A stretch of DNA of 64,000 nt from Camelus dromedarius. Lineage: Eukaryota. Location of the stretch: the NCBI RefSeq assembly GCF_036321535.1, contig NC_087437.1, positions 88,600,001 to 88,664,000 of the forward strand, read 5' to 3'. A program made the position numbers and the translations under genes. The notes under the pieces were generated by a model. The model was not told where the DNA came from. It made no database searches and saw nothing but the letters and a program-made list of their open reading frames with translations. Positions 1 to 13,123 of this stretch are shown here, one piece after another (within the stretch, counting starts at the first letter, position 1; each line of letters begins with the position of its first letter).

Positions 1-192
1 TAAAATCCAAACTGTTTCCATTTTGCATCATTGTCATTCTTTGGCAAAAGATTCAAAATAGCCATGGGCTAGGAAACAACTGTTTACTCATGGTCTTCAT
101 TTTTGCAAAATAAATGTATTTTGTAAAAGGAATCTGCACTGTGCCTGGTTTATACTAAATTATGATAGGCAAAATATAATGGCTTTTTTTGA
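1..192 (-). other. CHMP2B: CHMP2B 3' UTR (partial; continues beyond window start)
   Basis: Directly follows the TAA stop at 193-195 on the minus strand; AT-rich. Confidence 0.85.
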
Positions 193-303
193 TTAATCTA
201 CTCCTAAAGCTTTGAGTTGCCGTTCAATCTCTTCATCGGAGATTGTAGCCTTTGAAGTAGAGGCTGATGGTAAGCTTCGGGCAGCTGATGGAGCTTTGGC
301 CAT
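193..303 (-). CDS. CHMP2B: CHMP2B exon 6 CDS (111 nt), MAKAPSAARSLPSASTSKATISDEEIERQLKALGVD*; C-terminal MIM1 (VPS4-binding) region
   Basis: Acceptor aatgtAG|ATG (AG at 305/304); translation matches the CHMP2B C-terminus; stop TAA at 195-193. Confidence 0.98.
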   Translation of the reverse strand: MAKAPSAARSLPSASTSKATISDEEIERQLKALGVD

Positions 304-508
304 CTACATTAAAAAGAGGAAAAGAGAAAAAAATGTGCATTATATTATCAAACTTTTGGGTTAGAACATAAAGGATGTGCTGCAAAGAGGTTTAATTTAC
401 TTTCCAAACAAATATTGAAAACATGCACCTAACATAAAGGGAAATTTAATTAAGTGACAAAAGTGGTAGAGAAAATATTTCTGAATGAGAAAAATTAGAT
501 GTTCATAC

Positions 509-615
509 CTTTCCAGAGATTTCAATTCCAATTTCATCAAGAACTTGATTCACAATATCTTGGCTTTCTTCTTCATCATCAGAACCATCAAAGATGTCAT
601 CAAGGGTGTCATTGA
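509..615 (-). CDS. CHMP2B: CHMP2B exon 5 (107 nt), (I)NDTLDDIFDGSDDEEESQDIVNQVLDEIGIEISGK
   Basis: Acceptor cccctcaAG| at 617/616, donor AAG|GTATGA at 508; phase fits exons 4 and 6. Confidence 0.98.
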
Positions 616-1669
616 CTTGAGGGGGGGAACAAAACAGTTACTTTCAAACAGATTTCAGGTTGGGTTTCTATTTTTAGAAGAAGGCCCAACTTTGTAAATT
701 TACATAGTACAATAAAATTGATGAGCAGATGGGAAAAATGAAGACCTTAGGTAGTTTACACTTAAGTAGAGAAGAAAAAGATTAAAAAACAGATTGTGAT
801 AAATGGAAAGGTAAATGATTATAAAGCTTCAAAGGGAAGAGATTACATTCTTCCTTTTGGGGGTTAAGTATCACCTGAGGGGCTCCTTCAAGGACACAGA
901 GGATTTAAAGGAACAGAGACAGAGAAGCATAAGCAAAGATGGGGTGGAGGGTGACGGGACACAAATAAGGAAGAGTAAGTTCTTCTGTTTGGTTATTTAA
1001 GATGTGTAAGGGGAAAAGAATTAAAGCAGCTGGCCTGTGATCACACCTAACTCAATCACTGGGGAATGTCCCCAGAGGAAGAAAGACAAGAAACCTAGCC
1101 TGATCTCTCTGTAAGAATGCTGCTAACTGGGCTCCTGGTAAACAGACTGATATTTGCTAGCAAGAGAGTCCTTGTCTATGGGATGCTCTTAGCAAGCTGT
1201 CCAAGATTTAGGGTTGCTACAGCTATACTCTATCGGTTTACAGGTCATGACTCCCTAGAAAATATCACATAAGGTAGGTGACCATCTGAGCAATAAATGT
1301 AACTTATTTCCTAAAGCACATGCTCTCTCCAATCTAAGATGATAAGAAACCTATCAGATACATCATCTATTCTGCGTCAAAGAGCTCATGTCTAATACGG
1401 GAGGAAGAGACCTGGGGAAGTGTCTGGGACGCCCAAGCCCTCTCCCTGTGCTGCACGTGCATCTTCACAGCCTGTATCCTTGGCATTACTTACAAAGCTT
1501 GATACTGGTTAAGATCTCTGATTTGTATGAGCATGGTTTGACAATCTGAGTTTTTGTGTTAGTTTAATAGTATAAAGTCAATTTGGAAAAATGCTAAAGA
1601 GCTTAAGGCCAAAAAAATGGAGTATAATCTCTGAAGAAGTAAAGTGAATGTTAAGGCTTTAATTAGCAT

Positions 1670-1770
1670 CTCAATTCTTCCACTTGGTGCCTGTGCAACT
1701 TTGCTGGGAAGTCATTTTACCTCTCTGGGCCTCAGTGTTCTCAACGACAAAACAAAGGGGCTTGACCAGC
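1670..1770 (+). mobile_element. MIR/MIR3 SINE fragment
   Basis: Core gggaagtcattttacctctctgggcctcagtgttctca. Confidence 0.65.
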
Positions 1771-2699
1771 AACTTGTTTTTGATTTATGATCTGGATCTT
1801 ATTTTGTAGTCAGAATTACTGTGGGAACCTGACTGGGATGCTCAGAGGTAAACTTCTGGAAAAATCATTTAGCAGTTGACACTCAGCTGGTAGTGACGTA
1901 ACAAGGGAGGTGGGGAGTCCAGGTCAGAGTCCATAACGGCCTGAAAGAAAAAAGTACTTGCAGAAAAAAATGAAAGAAAAGGATAGAAGAGAAACACCAG
2001 AATGGTGTAATTAGGGTTTAACACAGAAGAGTGCTTTCAGAGAAAGTGTAACAAAATTAATCAAAGATATAATAAAAATTTCCCCAAGATCTTGTTTATA
2101 AAACTTGAATGTGAACAAGTTTTGGAGCAACATCATACAATAATAATTCTAATCGGAAAAAGATATGTCCATTTAAAACCTTGAATTTCTCTTTGGATGA
2201 AAATACTAAAGTTAATATACTTTACTGAAAAACCAAGTAACCAGCAATAACTAAAATACAAACTATAACAAGTGTGACAGACACGAGCCTGAAGTGCACA
2301 TATCGATTCACTTCATTATAGCTTAATGGGAAAGTTCACTCCTCTGCTGAGATCTGCTCGCACCTGTGCCACCACTGGAACCCACACAAACATGTTAGAT
2401 ACTGTGATTGTTATATCAATGACAGTTCTCTCAGTCATTACAATTTTACTGATGTTAAAAAAAATTACATTTTTTCAAAAACAAAGGTTTAAAGTAAAAA
2501 CTAAAGAATTTTTGGAACTATCAAAGATTCACATACAGTATCATTAAACCTTAGAAGGAAAATAGATACTCTGAATTGGAAAACTAGAACAGTGGTGAAT
2601 TTAGTAATGCTAGTAATTAATTAGGTACTATTTTATGCAATAAATACTGTTAAATTAAAATGCTAGCAGATAAGCAGAGCTAAACTGGCAATATCCCTA

Positions 2700-3300
2700 C
2701 ACAGTTGTAAAGTAATTAGAAAATATCTTTGTGAAACAATGAGGCCAGTTTTGACATATCATGCAGGCAATGCCTCAATGTTGCCCAGGGGGCTATGAAG
2801 GGTCACTCCTTCGTTATTGGCGAAATGAAGACTGGTATGGTCTTTCCAGGATAAATCTAGAAGCATGAGCCAAAAATCTTATAAAAGTTAATACTTAAGA
2901 ATATCAAAGAAATTCAGACAAAGATACTATAAAAACATATTAATCAAAGGATTATCAAATACACTGAACATTTTAAAACAATCTTACTAACCAATGTAAG
3001 AATGGTTTAATAAATTAGGCTATACTAATGTTATGTAATATTAAAGCAAACAAAGACCAGAGAAAATTCAAGTTCATGCATATATGCTTATATTATGTAC
3101 TACTATGTCTTTTATAAGCAAGATAAGATTCAAAATTGTATACATTATATTATTTCACTTTATAAGATACAGGAAAATACAGAAAATAAATAAATATCTC
3201 TGGGTGGTATGATGATAAATTTTTTATATATGCTTTGTTCCTTTTATTCTCTGTATTTCCACCAAAAGATGTAGTTTATATTCAAAAAGGATAAAACTAA
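2700..3300 (+). mobile_element. Old L1 (L1ME-like) 3' fragment
   Basis: Degenerate L1 3'-end phrases (aatggtttaataaattaggctat; tctctgggtggtatgatg). Confidence 0.5.
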
Positions 3301-3741
3301 ATATTAAATTTAGACTTTGGGAGGGGAGAAAGAAAAAAGAATGAAAATGCTCCATTATCTCTACCTCCAATATAAACAAATCTACAGTATGAAAGAATCA
3401 ACACAAGCCTGAAACCACCTTACTTACACCTGGAAGACCTATTTTATTCACAAGTTGGTTTTGGTCCACTAATCAATAAAATAAAACTGCTGAGGCAAAT
3501 ATGGCACAGAAATATGGCATAGTATATTTTACAATTTCCTTCAGTTAAATGTGAACAGAATTTTGAGCCTTATATAAAAATACACTGAAATTACAATAAA
3601 GACGTCTGTCTCGAAGGGAGCTGTATCATTTCTTTCTCATCACTTGGGCCTTCATAGGTGAGAACATGAGGTTGCTGGTCAATAAACTTGTGAATTCAAA
3701 GATGAAAAACTGTAAATTTCATTACAAGTTATTAAACTTAC

Positions 3742-3844
3742 TCATTTCTTCAGTCATTTCCATTTTCATGTTTTCCTTCTGGAAATTCTGCATTGTTTGT
3801 AATGTCTTTTGTGGATCCATCTTCTTGTTAACTGCCTGCATTGT
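3742..3844 (-). CDS. CHMP2B: CHMP2B exon 4 (103 nt), TMQAVNKKMDPQKTLQTMQNFQKENMKMEMTEEM
   Basis: Acceptor tttaaAG| at 3846/3845, donor ATGA|GTAAGT at 3741. Confidence 0.98.
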
Positions 3845-4489
3845 CTTTAAATGTATAAAAAAGATCCATGTTAGCTACATAATTATGAAAATTTTACTAT
3901 GGAACAAGTCCAAAGGGAACACATCAAAAAAAGGCAGGCTTTTTAAAGATATACATTCTGCCATAATGAAACATAAGTGTTAGTATTCCAGAAAAAAATA
4001 AAGTACTCATTCGGAAGCCATCTGCTTAACATCTATATTATAAAGACCACTGTGAAAAATCTCATCTGAACAGTAGGCAAAAAATTATGTAATAAAAAAC
4101 ACTGCCAACATAAAACTCATTGCTATTCAAATGGGAAAACTACATTTGCCTACTATGTGGCAAGCAGGTAAAGTCTAAATTAAAAAGAATTTTTACATTT
4201 TTTTCAAAAATTTTCAAAAATGTTTGACGTTCAAATTAAAGGATATACTAGCATACATACTTAACCTATTAATACATTTTTTACCATGGTTTCAAGAACT
4301 GATCAAAACACTGAGTTTTGCAAAAATATGTGAAAAGAATTTTCTTATGTTTTATATTCACAACTAATTTTATTAAAAGAAATTAATGTTATCTAGTATG
4401 GCAAAAATATTTTATATATTATCATTATATATGTGTCTAAGTGTATACAGTATGAAACATGTTGGTTTCAAGGATACGACACAAACACA

Positions 4490-4850
4490 GTCTTCTATGC
4501 AATGCTGTAGCCAAAGTAATCTTTTCAAGTATGACACTGTACTCCCCTATTCCCCACCAGCCCGTACATACCTAACTCCTCAGTGGCTTTGCATTGCTCT
4601 TAGTATTAAAAGCCAAATTCCATAATTGACCTGTGAGACTAAACATCATTGGAACTCTGCTTAACAAGCCAGTCTCAATCTGCACCATTGCCCTCCAGCT
4701 GTGCTGATCTTTCATTTCCTCAAATGTGCTGTGCTCCTTCCTGCCACAGGACCTTTGCATACACTGCCTCTAACCTGGAATGCCTTTCTCAATTTGTTTT
4801 TACTATCAATACTTCAGATTTCAGTTTATATGCTATTTCCTGAGTTAACA
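4490..4850 (+). mobile_element. L2 LINE fragment
   Basis: ctccttcctgccacaggacctttgcatacactgcctctaacctggaatgcctttctc is typical of the L2 3' region. Confidence 0.7.
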
Positions 4851-5259
4851 TATTTCTAAGAAATTCAAGTGAAAATTCTAAGTCAGACAATGCTGTATGG
4901 TAGGACCACATGAAGTATCTTTTCCTACCCTATCACTTGCAGAAAATTGCAAAATGAGTAGATTTCCTCCTCAACATTATTGGAAGGTGATCCAGCCGAG
5001 GTGTGTGATGCTCATAAATGATCTTTTCCTCCAATTAGGCACTGTTTAGTTCTTTGATTTGTAAAACCAAAAAAAGAAAACAGAAGTTTTTGCCCTTAAT
5101 TGTATTTTTCACTATAAAATGACTGAGCTCCATCAAGAGTAAGACAACTGAAAATAAAACTTATATTGAAATATTCTGTTTTTTTTAAGGAACTGTACTT
5201 CCTGTACATAAGATGGACACATTCTATTTTCACGTGCTCTGCAGTCTAAGAGGCAGTTA

Positions 5260-5879
5260 CAGTTGATTCTCATTATTTCTGGATTCCTTACTTGTGAATC
5301 TGCCCACTCACTAAAATACATTTATAGCTGCACGTCAATACTTGCAGTACTTCAGTGTTCAGTTGTGGACATGCGCAGAGCAGCAAAAAATTTGAGTCAC
5401 CCAACACCCATGTTTCCAGCTTAGGTCAAACAAGGTGACACTCTTCCTTTTTGACTCAGCCTTCATAATGTAAACTAGTGTCTTCCCTGCGGTCTATTTT
5501 GTGCCTCTGGTTGGTGATTTCACCGTTTAAAATGCCCTCCAGCATAGTACTAAAGTGTGCTCTCGTGTTGCTAAGTGTAAGAGGGCTATAATGGGCCTTG
5601 TGGAGAAAAGACATTTGTTAGATAAGCTTTGTTCGGGCTTGAGTTACAGTGCTGCTGACCATGAGTTCAATTTTAACGAATCAACTATAATAAGTGAGGC
5701 GTCCTTCAACAGAAACACACATAAAACAAGGTTTGGTATAGATTGGTTGACAAAAACTATGACCAAAGGCTCACAGGAAACCTACCCTGCACTTCCTCTA
5801 GGAGCAACGGTTCGATACACCTGATTCAGTGTTCCTGACTTTATAGACCAGAACTACTGTGGATAACAAGAATCAACTG
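5260..5879 (+). mobile_element. TcMar-Tigger non-autonomous DNA transposon, MER82-like (full length)
   Basis: TIRs CAGTTGATTCTCATTAT... / ...ATAACAAGAATCAACTG, TA at the left flank; internal ggacatgcgcagagcagcaaaaaatttgagtcac. Confidence 0.85.
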
Positions 5880-6748
5880 TTCTGTGCTATTTTCCTAATA
5901 TAAACCTGTGCTTTCTCTCCTCTGTGGCTTTTTTTCTTTTGCTTTTCACATTCATACTCTTCCTTCCCTATGTTTAAAACCTAGGGGTATTTTTAGGACC
6001 TAGGTCTTTTACAAAGCCTTTCAGATCATTGTCTTCAAGGATTTGTGCAGTTCACTGACACCTCGCACAGCCTGATGTATGGTGAGTTTCCTTTTCAGAC
6101 GTATCTTAACCTCCTTCCACTCCAATTGAACTGTTAGATCTGTGAAAGCAGAGCCTTTGTCTTAAATTTCTTCTGATTTCTCATGGTTCTTAATATATTA
6201 AGGAGCTCATTATTTATTAAATATCTGAAAGGCTCACAGTCCTTTAAGTTCTGTAGAAAAAAACACTGATTTTTTTTTTATAAACACTAAGTTAATCCTA
6301 AGTTCCTGATAAAATTAACTGATAATTTCTGACAATATTCATGTGTCCTTTTGACACATTCATGGAAATGAATAAAAAGGAAATTATTATTCTAATTATT
6401 ATATCAACACTTATGGCATAATGAAGTAAGAGGCCCCAAAATCTTTTTAAATTTAAGGGAAAAAAGCAAACACCACTTTAAGTAGTTTAAAAATTTAGAA
6501 GCTACATGTAATCTTGGAACAGTGGAACTGATCTAAAACAAACAAAAAATTTATATGAAAACAAATCAGTAATAAATCTCAAAATACCTACCTGAATTTT
6601 GTAGTATTATAACTCATTTTATTAAAAATTACAAAGATTCAGTATCACATATATGTAAGAGGGTGCTTTAAAATATGATTTGAATATCGACGTTTAAATA
6701 TCTCAGATAAAATTTTATAAAGCCATGGACATAAAGGTTCCCACTTAC

Positions 6749-6943
6749 TTTTGCTGTAGTAGACATTGCACCCGCCATCTTCATCTGGGAATTCATCACT
6801 TTTGTTTGTGTGGACATAGAAGTGACTTTTGAACTTACAGCAAAAGTTCTTGTTTTCTGTTTCCGTAGATGTACAAGCTGTTTGGCTAAAACCCTGCAAG
6901 CTTCTTTATTACCAATTTTGGCCATTTTCTTAATTTCTAATTC
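6749..6943 (-). CDS. CHMP2B: CHMP2B exon 3 (195 nt), ELEIKKMAKIGNKEACRVLAKQLVHLRKQKTRTFAVSSKVTSMSTQTKVMNSQMKMAGAMSTTAK
   Basis: Most of it lies within ORF 6668..6925(-); acceptor ctcttAG| at 6945/6944, donor AAA|GTAAGT at 6748; Snf7-domain sequence. Confidence 0.98.
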
Positions 6944-7149
6944 CTAAGAGAGGAAATAAAAAGAGAGGGACAAAACCACTAAGGAGGAGTTCTCAATGAT
7001 TTAAGAAGAACAGATTGAACATATACAATATACTCTTTCCCCCTGATTATGAAGAACAAAAGCTGTTATAAAGTCAGAAAAAAACAGTAATTTGAGAGGG
7101 CAATTTATTCCACATTTTTACATGGGGAAGAAAGAACTAGTACCTTCAT

Positions 7150-10100
7150 CCATAAATACAAAGCAAGTCTACAAAACAGTACAGCACTCACAATAAACCC
7201 AGAAGAAAATTAAAAACTCAATCCAAAAGTAGATAGGAAAAAATGGATACTTAAAGATAGTTAGTGGGAGAAAGCGAAAAAAAAAAAAAAAGAAAAGGAG
7301 CATAGTGGTAGATTTAAAGCTAACAATACAGACAATTACATTAAGTGAAAAGGTCCATCTATTATCTAAATAAGAGGCAGATTGTCAGATCAGATAAGAA
7401 CATAAAGCAATTATAAGCTACCTCAAGAAACCAACTTTAATTACCTAAATAAAGCTAAGTAAAAGGATAGAAAAACATATTCTATTTAAATAGTTATTAA
7501 AATCTGGAAATTTGGTGTGGTTACATTAACATCAGATCAATAAAACTTAAGAAAAAGGAATATTACCAGAATAAAAAGGAGCATTTCATAATGATATAGA
7601 AATCAATATATATAGATGTCAAAAGAATCCTAAATACGTATGCACTTAACAACAGTGCTTCCAAATTTATGAAGCACAACTGATAGAACTGAAAGGAGAA
7701 ACAGACAAATACCCAATTAGCATGAGGGGTATCAGTAATTTCTTTCTTGAGAATATTGCTATAGTTGTTAGGACAAGTGGAAAGAAAATCTGTAGAGATA
7801 CAGAAGAATTACAAAAACACACAATCACCAACTTGACCTAACCAAAACTTATTAAAAACTCCATCACCAACAGCAGAATACTCACTCTTTCCAAGTGTAC
7901 ACTAAAAAAAGAAAGAAAGAAAGAACAAACCAACAACCAAAAAAACCCCCCACACACTAAAATATACCATATTCTGCAACAGAAAACAAGGCTCAACCTA
8001 TACGAGGATTGAAATCATACAAAGTAAGTTTTCTAACTACAATGAAATTAAACTAGAAAGCAGTAAGAAAAAGATGAAAAGAAAATCACAAACAGAAATT
8101 AAACAACATGGCTTGAAATAAATCATGGGTTTAAAAAAAAAATCAAAGGAGAAATGAGTTAATATTTTGAACTTAATAAAATGAAAATGCCACATACCAA
8201 AATGTGTGGGCTGCAGTTAAAAGTTCTTAGAGAGAAATTTATAGCACTAAAACTCATATTTTAAAAAATGAATATCTTGTAAACTTCAAACTAGAGAAAG
8301 TAGAAAAAAGAAGAGCAAATAAAACAAAGTAAATGAAAGGAAGGAAATAATATAAGCAAGAAAAGAAATCCATAAACTAGGAAAAATACAAAAAATTAAT
8401 AAGATCAAGAGCTATCTTTTTGCAAGAAACTGATCAAATTGATAAACCACTAACCAGTCAGAAGAGGAAAAAAAAACTTAGACAGACAACAGAGAGAACA
8501 CATGAATTTAATGCAAAGTGGAGCATCACTTTATATCCTAAAAATGTTAAAGGATAATAAAAATACTATAAACAAGGTATCAATACATTTTAAAATTCAG
8601 TAGAAAAGAACAAATTACCTTACAGATGCACACTATCAGAGTTCATTCAAAAAGGCAGATAGCCTGTTCCATTCTGTATCTTTTTTTTTTCATTTATATT
8701 CATTTCCTTTTTTTTTTTTTCTTTTTTAAATGGAGATACTGGGAACTTAACCAAGTACCTTGCGTGTGCTCAGCATACGCTCTACCAAATGGACTATATA
8801 CCCCTACCTCCACTATCTATTTTTTAAAAATTAAATTTGTAGTTTAAATATCTATCCAGAAAGAAAACTTCACTCCCAATGGCTTTACTGATGAGTCCTA
8901 GCAAACATTAAAGAAAGAAACACACAAACCCTTCCAGTAAAGAAAACAGTTAAGGACAGCTATCAATTCATGCTTTTAGGTCAGGAGTACCCTAATGTCA
9001 AAATCACATAAAGACACTATGCAAAAAGACAACTACAAATTCGTATCTTTTATGAACACAGATGCTAATATTCTTGTGAAAATTTCAGCAATTTGAAATA
9101 ATATTTAAAAAGTACATCAGTATCAATGAAGTTTATTTCAGTAACAAAAGCTTGATTCAACTTTGGAAAATCCATCAATGATGTAATTTATTACATTAAC
9201 AGACCGAGGAGGGAAAACTTTTATGATCATCATCTCAATAGATACAGAAAAAAAAAAAGACTTGACAAAATTAATTTCCGATAAAAACTCTCGACAAACT
9301 GGGTAAAAAAGAAACTTCCTCAATCTGAGAAATGTTTCCTGTACAAAAAGCTCACAGTTGATATCATACTTAATGCTGAAAGACTAAATGTTTTCTTCTA
9401 AGATCAATAAAAAAGATGAAGTTATCTCCACTTTTAACAATGGAAGGTCTGGTCAGTGCAGTAAGGTATGGAAAAAAAAAATGAAGACTGAAGAGGAAGA
9501 TAAAAAATTTATTTATTCACAGATGACGTGATCATTTATGTAGAAATCTAACAGAATCTACACAATGACTACTACAATAAGTGACTTTAGGATGGTTACA
9601 GGATTCAAGATCAATATACAAAAAAAAAAAAAAAAGGAATGTATCTATATACCAGCAACAAAAATATCAGAAATCTGAAGAAGCACAGGAGCTGAATAAT
9701 TACCAGTACAAATACTACTAAGAAAAACTTAAAATCTAAATAAATGGAGAGTATAGCATGCTCATGGACTGGAAAACTTAATATTGTTAAGATGTCTTCT
9801 CAACTTGGTTCAATGTAATCCCAATCAAAATCTAATCGTTTTTGGAGAAATTGACAAGTTTATTCTAAAATTCATATGAAAATACACAGCACTTAAAATA
9901 GCCAAAACAATTCTGGAAAAAGAAGTACAAAGCTGAAAGGTTAATGCTATATAACTTTGAGACTTAAGTATTAAGCTATAGTGAAAACGGTGTGGTATTG
10001 GCTTAGGCATAGTCATACAGGTCAGTGGAATAGCACAGAGCCAAAATGAGGCCCATGTGCATCTGCACAATTGATCTTCCAGAGATAACAGGCATTTGAA

Positions 10101-11080
10101 TAGGGAAAGATGTCAGCAACAAATGATGCTGGAACAACTGAATTTCAATATGCAAAATGTGAACCTCTACCCTTACCTGATAACATAATACAATTTAATT
10201 CAATAAGATTCACAGTCCTAAATGTAAGAACTAAAAGCATAATACTTCTAGAAGAAAACATAAGAGAAAATATTAGTGACTTTGGGTTAGGCAAAGATTT
10301 CTTAGGTAGGACTTAGCAAATAGGCACATGAAAAGATGCTGAACATCATTAATAATTAGGGAAATGCAATTAAAAATGACAATCTACTACACACCACTAG
10401 AATGGCTAAAATAAAGATTGTCAACTTCAACTATTGGCCAGGATGTGAAACAACTTTACTCTCATGTATATATAAAACTGGTGGAAACAACGTTGCAAAA
10501 TTGTTTAACATTCTTATAGAGTCAAACATACATTTAATCTGTGATCTGTCCAGCAGCCCCATTCCTAGGAAACATATATTCACACAAAGACTTCAATTGA
10601 ATGTTTGTAACAACTTTATTCAAAATAACCCAAACCTGGAAATAACTCAAATGTCCATTGGTTGATGAATGGATAAACAAATTGTGGACATCCTCACAAT
10701 GGAATAACATTCATCAATAAAAAGGAGTTAATATTGATACATGTAACAATACTGATTAATTTCAAAATACTTAACAGTGAAAGAAGCCATATAAAAATGA
10801 ATCCATTTTATGATTCCATTTATATAAAATTCCAGAAAATGTAAACTAACCTACAATGACAGATCAGTGTTTGCCTAAGTGGGGAGGGAGACAAGGCGGG
10901 GTAGGCAGAAGGGATTACAAAGGGACTAAAGAAACTTTTGGGGATGATGGATATGTTCATTAACTTGACTGTGTAATGGTTTCATGAGTTAATACATAAG
11001 TCACAATTTATCAAATTGTGTGCATTAAAAATGAACAGTCTATTGCATGTCAATAGTGCTCAATAATGCTGTTTTAAAAA
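7150..11080 (+). mobile_element. ~3.9 kb decayed L1 (ORF2 remnant plus L1MC/L1MD-like 3' UTR), antisense to CHMP2B in intron 2
   Basis: Endonuclease-region remnants (tatgcacttaacaacagtgcttccaaatttatgaagc), RT-region remnants (atcatctcaatagatacagaaaaa; ttattcacagatgacgtgatc), 3' end ...ctcaataatgctgttttaaaa; many stops. Confidence 0.9.
8681..8805 (-). mobile_element. tRNA-Ala-derived SINE (vic-1-like) nested in the L1
   Basis: Reverse complement reads GGGGTATATAGTCCATTTGGTAGAGCGTATGCTGAGCACACGCAAGGTACTTGGTTAAGTTCCCAGTATCTCCA followed by an A-rich tail. Confidence 0.8.
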
Positions 11081-11569
11081 ATATTTTATGCACCATATAT
11101 TTAAAAACATAAAAATATTTAACGATAGCCAGGCAATCTATTTTTAAAAGTACAGTCATTATCACAGACCCAATAATAGTTAAAATATCAAGTAAGATAC
11201 CTCTGAGTTAGCATAATTTTTTTTTTATTACTCTCCCTTGGTTTCTAGGACTATTTTATCTTTGCTGTGAACAGAGAAGAAGGTGGCTCTGTTCTGAGCA
11301 ATATTTCTTCTAGGCATTCATGACTATCACAAACTGAAGAATAATTTGATTTTATAATCAGCAGAACACACAGACTCCTGGTAAAAGTCAGCGGAATGAC
11401 AAAGTAAACAAAGGTAAGCAGAAATTGCAAGAAGGCGTTAAATGCCATTTCTTAGTAAAGTAAATCACTTACCACCTGCCTTGTGTCTTTTTGCTAGTTA
11501 GCTAATTATTCCAACACTAATTTCTAAATTTGTCTGAAAAGTTAAACTGAAATTTAATGTTCTACTTAC

Positions 11570-11661
11570 CAGCTGTTTTTCTTGTTTCTCTAAAGCTGCC
11601 CGATCTCTGATTATAGCTCTCTGTGTACCTCGCAACTCTCGATTCTGTTCCTTTATTACAT
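11570..11661 (-). CDS. CHMP2B: CHMP2B exon 2 (92 nt), (D)VIKEQNRELRGTQRAIIRDRAALEKQEKQL
   Basis: Acceptor ctcttAG| at 11663/11662, donor CTG|GTAAGT at 11569; phase 1 to phase 0. Confidence 0.98.
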
Positions 11662-12129
11662 CTAAGAGAACCACAAAAGAAACCTAAATGTATAGATTGT
11701 AAAATCTTCTTCAATACCATTTAAAATACTGAACTCAGAAACTTCAATTTAAAAAATCTTAATTTACTAGATGTTAAAAATTCTTGTTTCAATTCAGTAT
11801 ACTAAAAAAGTAGTCAAATGTTAAAATGAATTATAAATATTAATTATATAAAAAATTACAGAAGTACAAATATGCTATATTCTGAGGTTGAGCCAAAAGT
11901 ATATATATAAATCACAATAAAATATTCCCTTAAAGAACTGATTAGTATACATGTTTTATATGGCACATACGTCACACACAAACACACAAACACAAACCTG
12001 TTTTATCTCTCCTTACTCCAATATTATGTGAAATTCCAAGGAAGAGGCAATGTGTTTACCAAATCTTTTCTTCTACACTAAGTACTTACATCGTAACAGA
12101 GCGAAGTAGCAGACCTTCCAATGAAGCAG

Positions 12130-12300
12130 AAGTGGATCTGAATTCAACCTCTGCCACTTGATTGTTAGATGACGATACCTTGCAAAGTTAGTTACCACCT
12201 AAACCTCAGGTTTATTATAAAATAGGAATTGTTAAGGAGTAAATAACATATACAATGGCTGATGTACTCCACTGTAAGTGTCCACTCACTGCTAATGTTT
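12130..12300 (+). mobile_element. MIR SINE
   Basis: ctgaattcaacctctgccacttg...aaacctcaggtttattataaaatagg core. Confidence 0.6.
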
Positions 12301-12459
12301 TTCTAATTTATCTCAATTCATCTGGATGCATCAGTCTCACCTTTTGAAGAATTAAAGAATTAGTCTAAGCCTGATGAACTATAATTTGGGTTAGTTGTTC
12401 CTAAACAGTGATTTCTTCGAAGGATCACAGACGTGGACAGTTATTTTTGCCAAAACTGT

Positions 12460-12680
12460 TCTCTCACTGTCAGGAATCTTGCTAAGTGCTTTATATATAT
12501 TATACAGTATAATGCTCACAATAATGCTATGGAGTTGCTTTTTCTATTATTTTATATATAAGAAAATTGAGAGGAAGTTTAAATAACATGCCCAAGGTCA
12601 CAAGGTAGTAAGTGGTAATGATGCCAGATTTGGATCCAAGTGTTGTCTCCTGAATCAGTGAACCTAATCACTTCACTAGA
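12460..12680 (-). mobile_element. MIR SINE
   Basis: aaataacatgcccaaggtcacaaggtagtaagtgg...gatttggatccaag, reverse MIR core. Confidence 0.75.
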
Positions 12681-13067
12681 GTACCTTTTTAGTAAAGAGG
12701 CAGATATAAAACCACCACTACAAGAGGAAGAATAGTCTGTTCATCAAAAGGCACCAGGAAAACTAGATATCCACATGAAAAAGAATGAAACTGAACCCTT
12801 ACCTCACATTATACATAAAAATTAACTAAAAAAAAAAAATTAATGACCCAAATATAAGAGTTAAAATCATAAAACTCTTAGAACAACACACAGGAGTAAA
12901 TCTGCATGATCTGGGATTTGGCAGTAGATTCTTAGATATGACACCAAAAGCAAAAGCCAACAAAAGAAAAAATAGATAAACTGGACTTTGTGAAAATTAA
13001 AAACTATGCATCAAAGGATATTATCAAGTGAAAAGACAACCCAGAAAATGGGAGAAATATTGCAAAT

Positions 13068-13122
<55 letters not shown>

Positions 13123-13123
13123 C
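13068..13123. repeat. Compound microsatellite (TA)~11(GA)~14(GC)3
   Basis: Directly visible. Confidence 0.95.

Noticed and set aside
3666..3983. 105-aa plus ORF (and 485..697 +)
   Set aside because: Antisense shadows of CHMP2B exons 4 and 5
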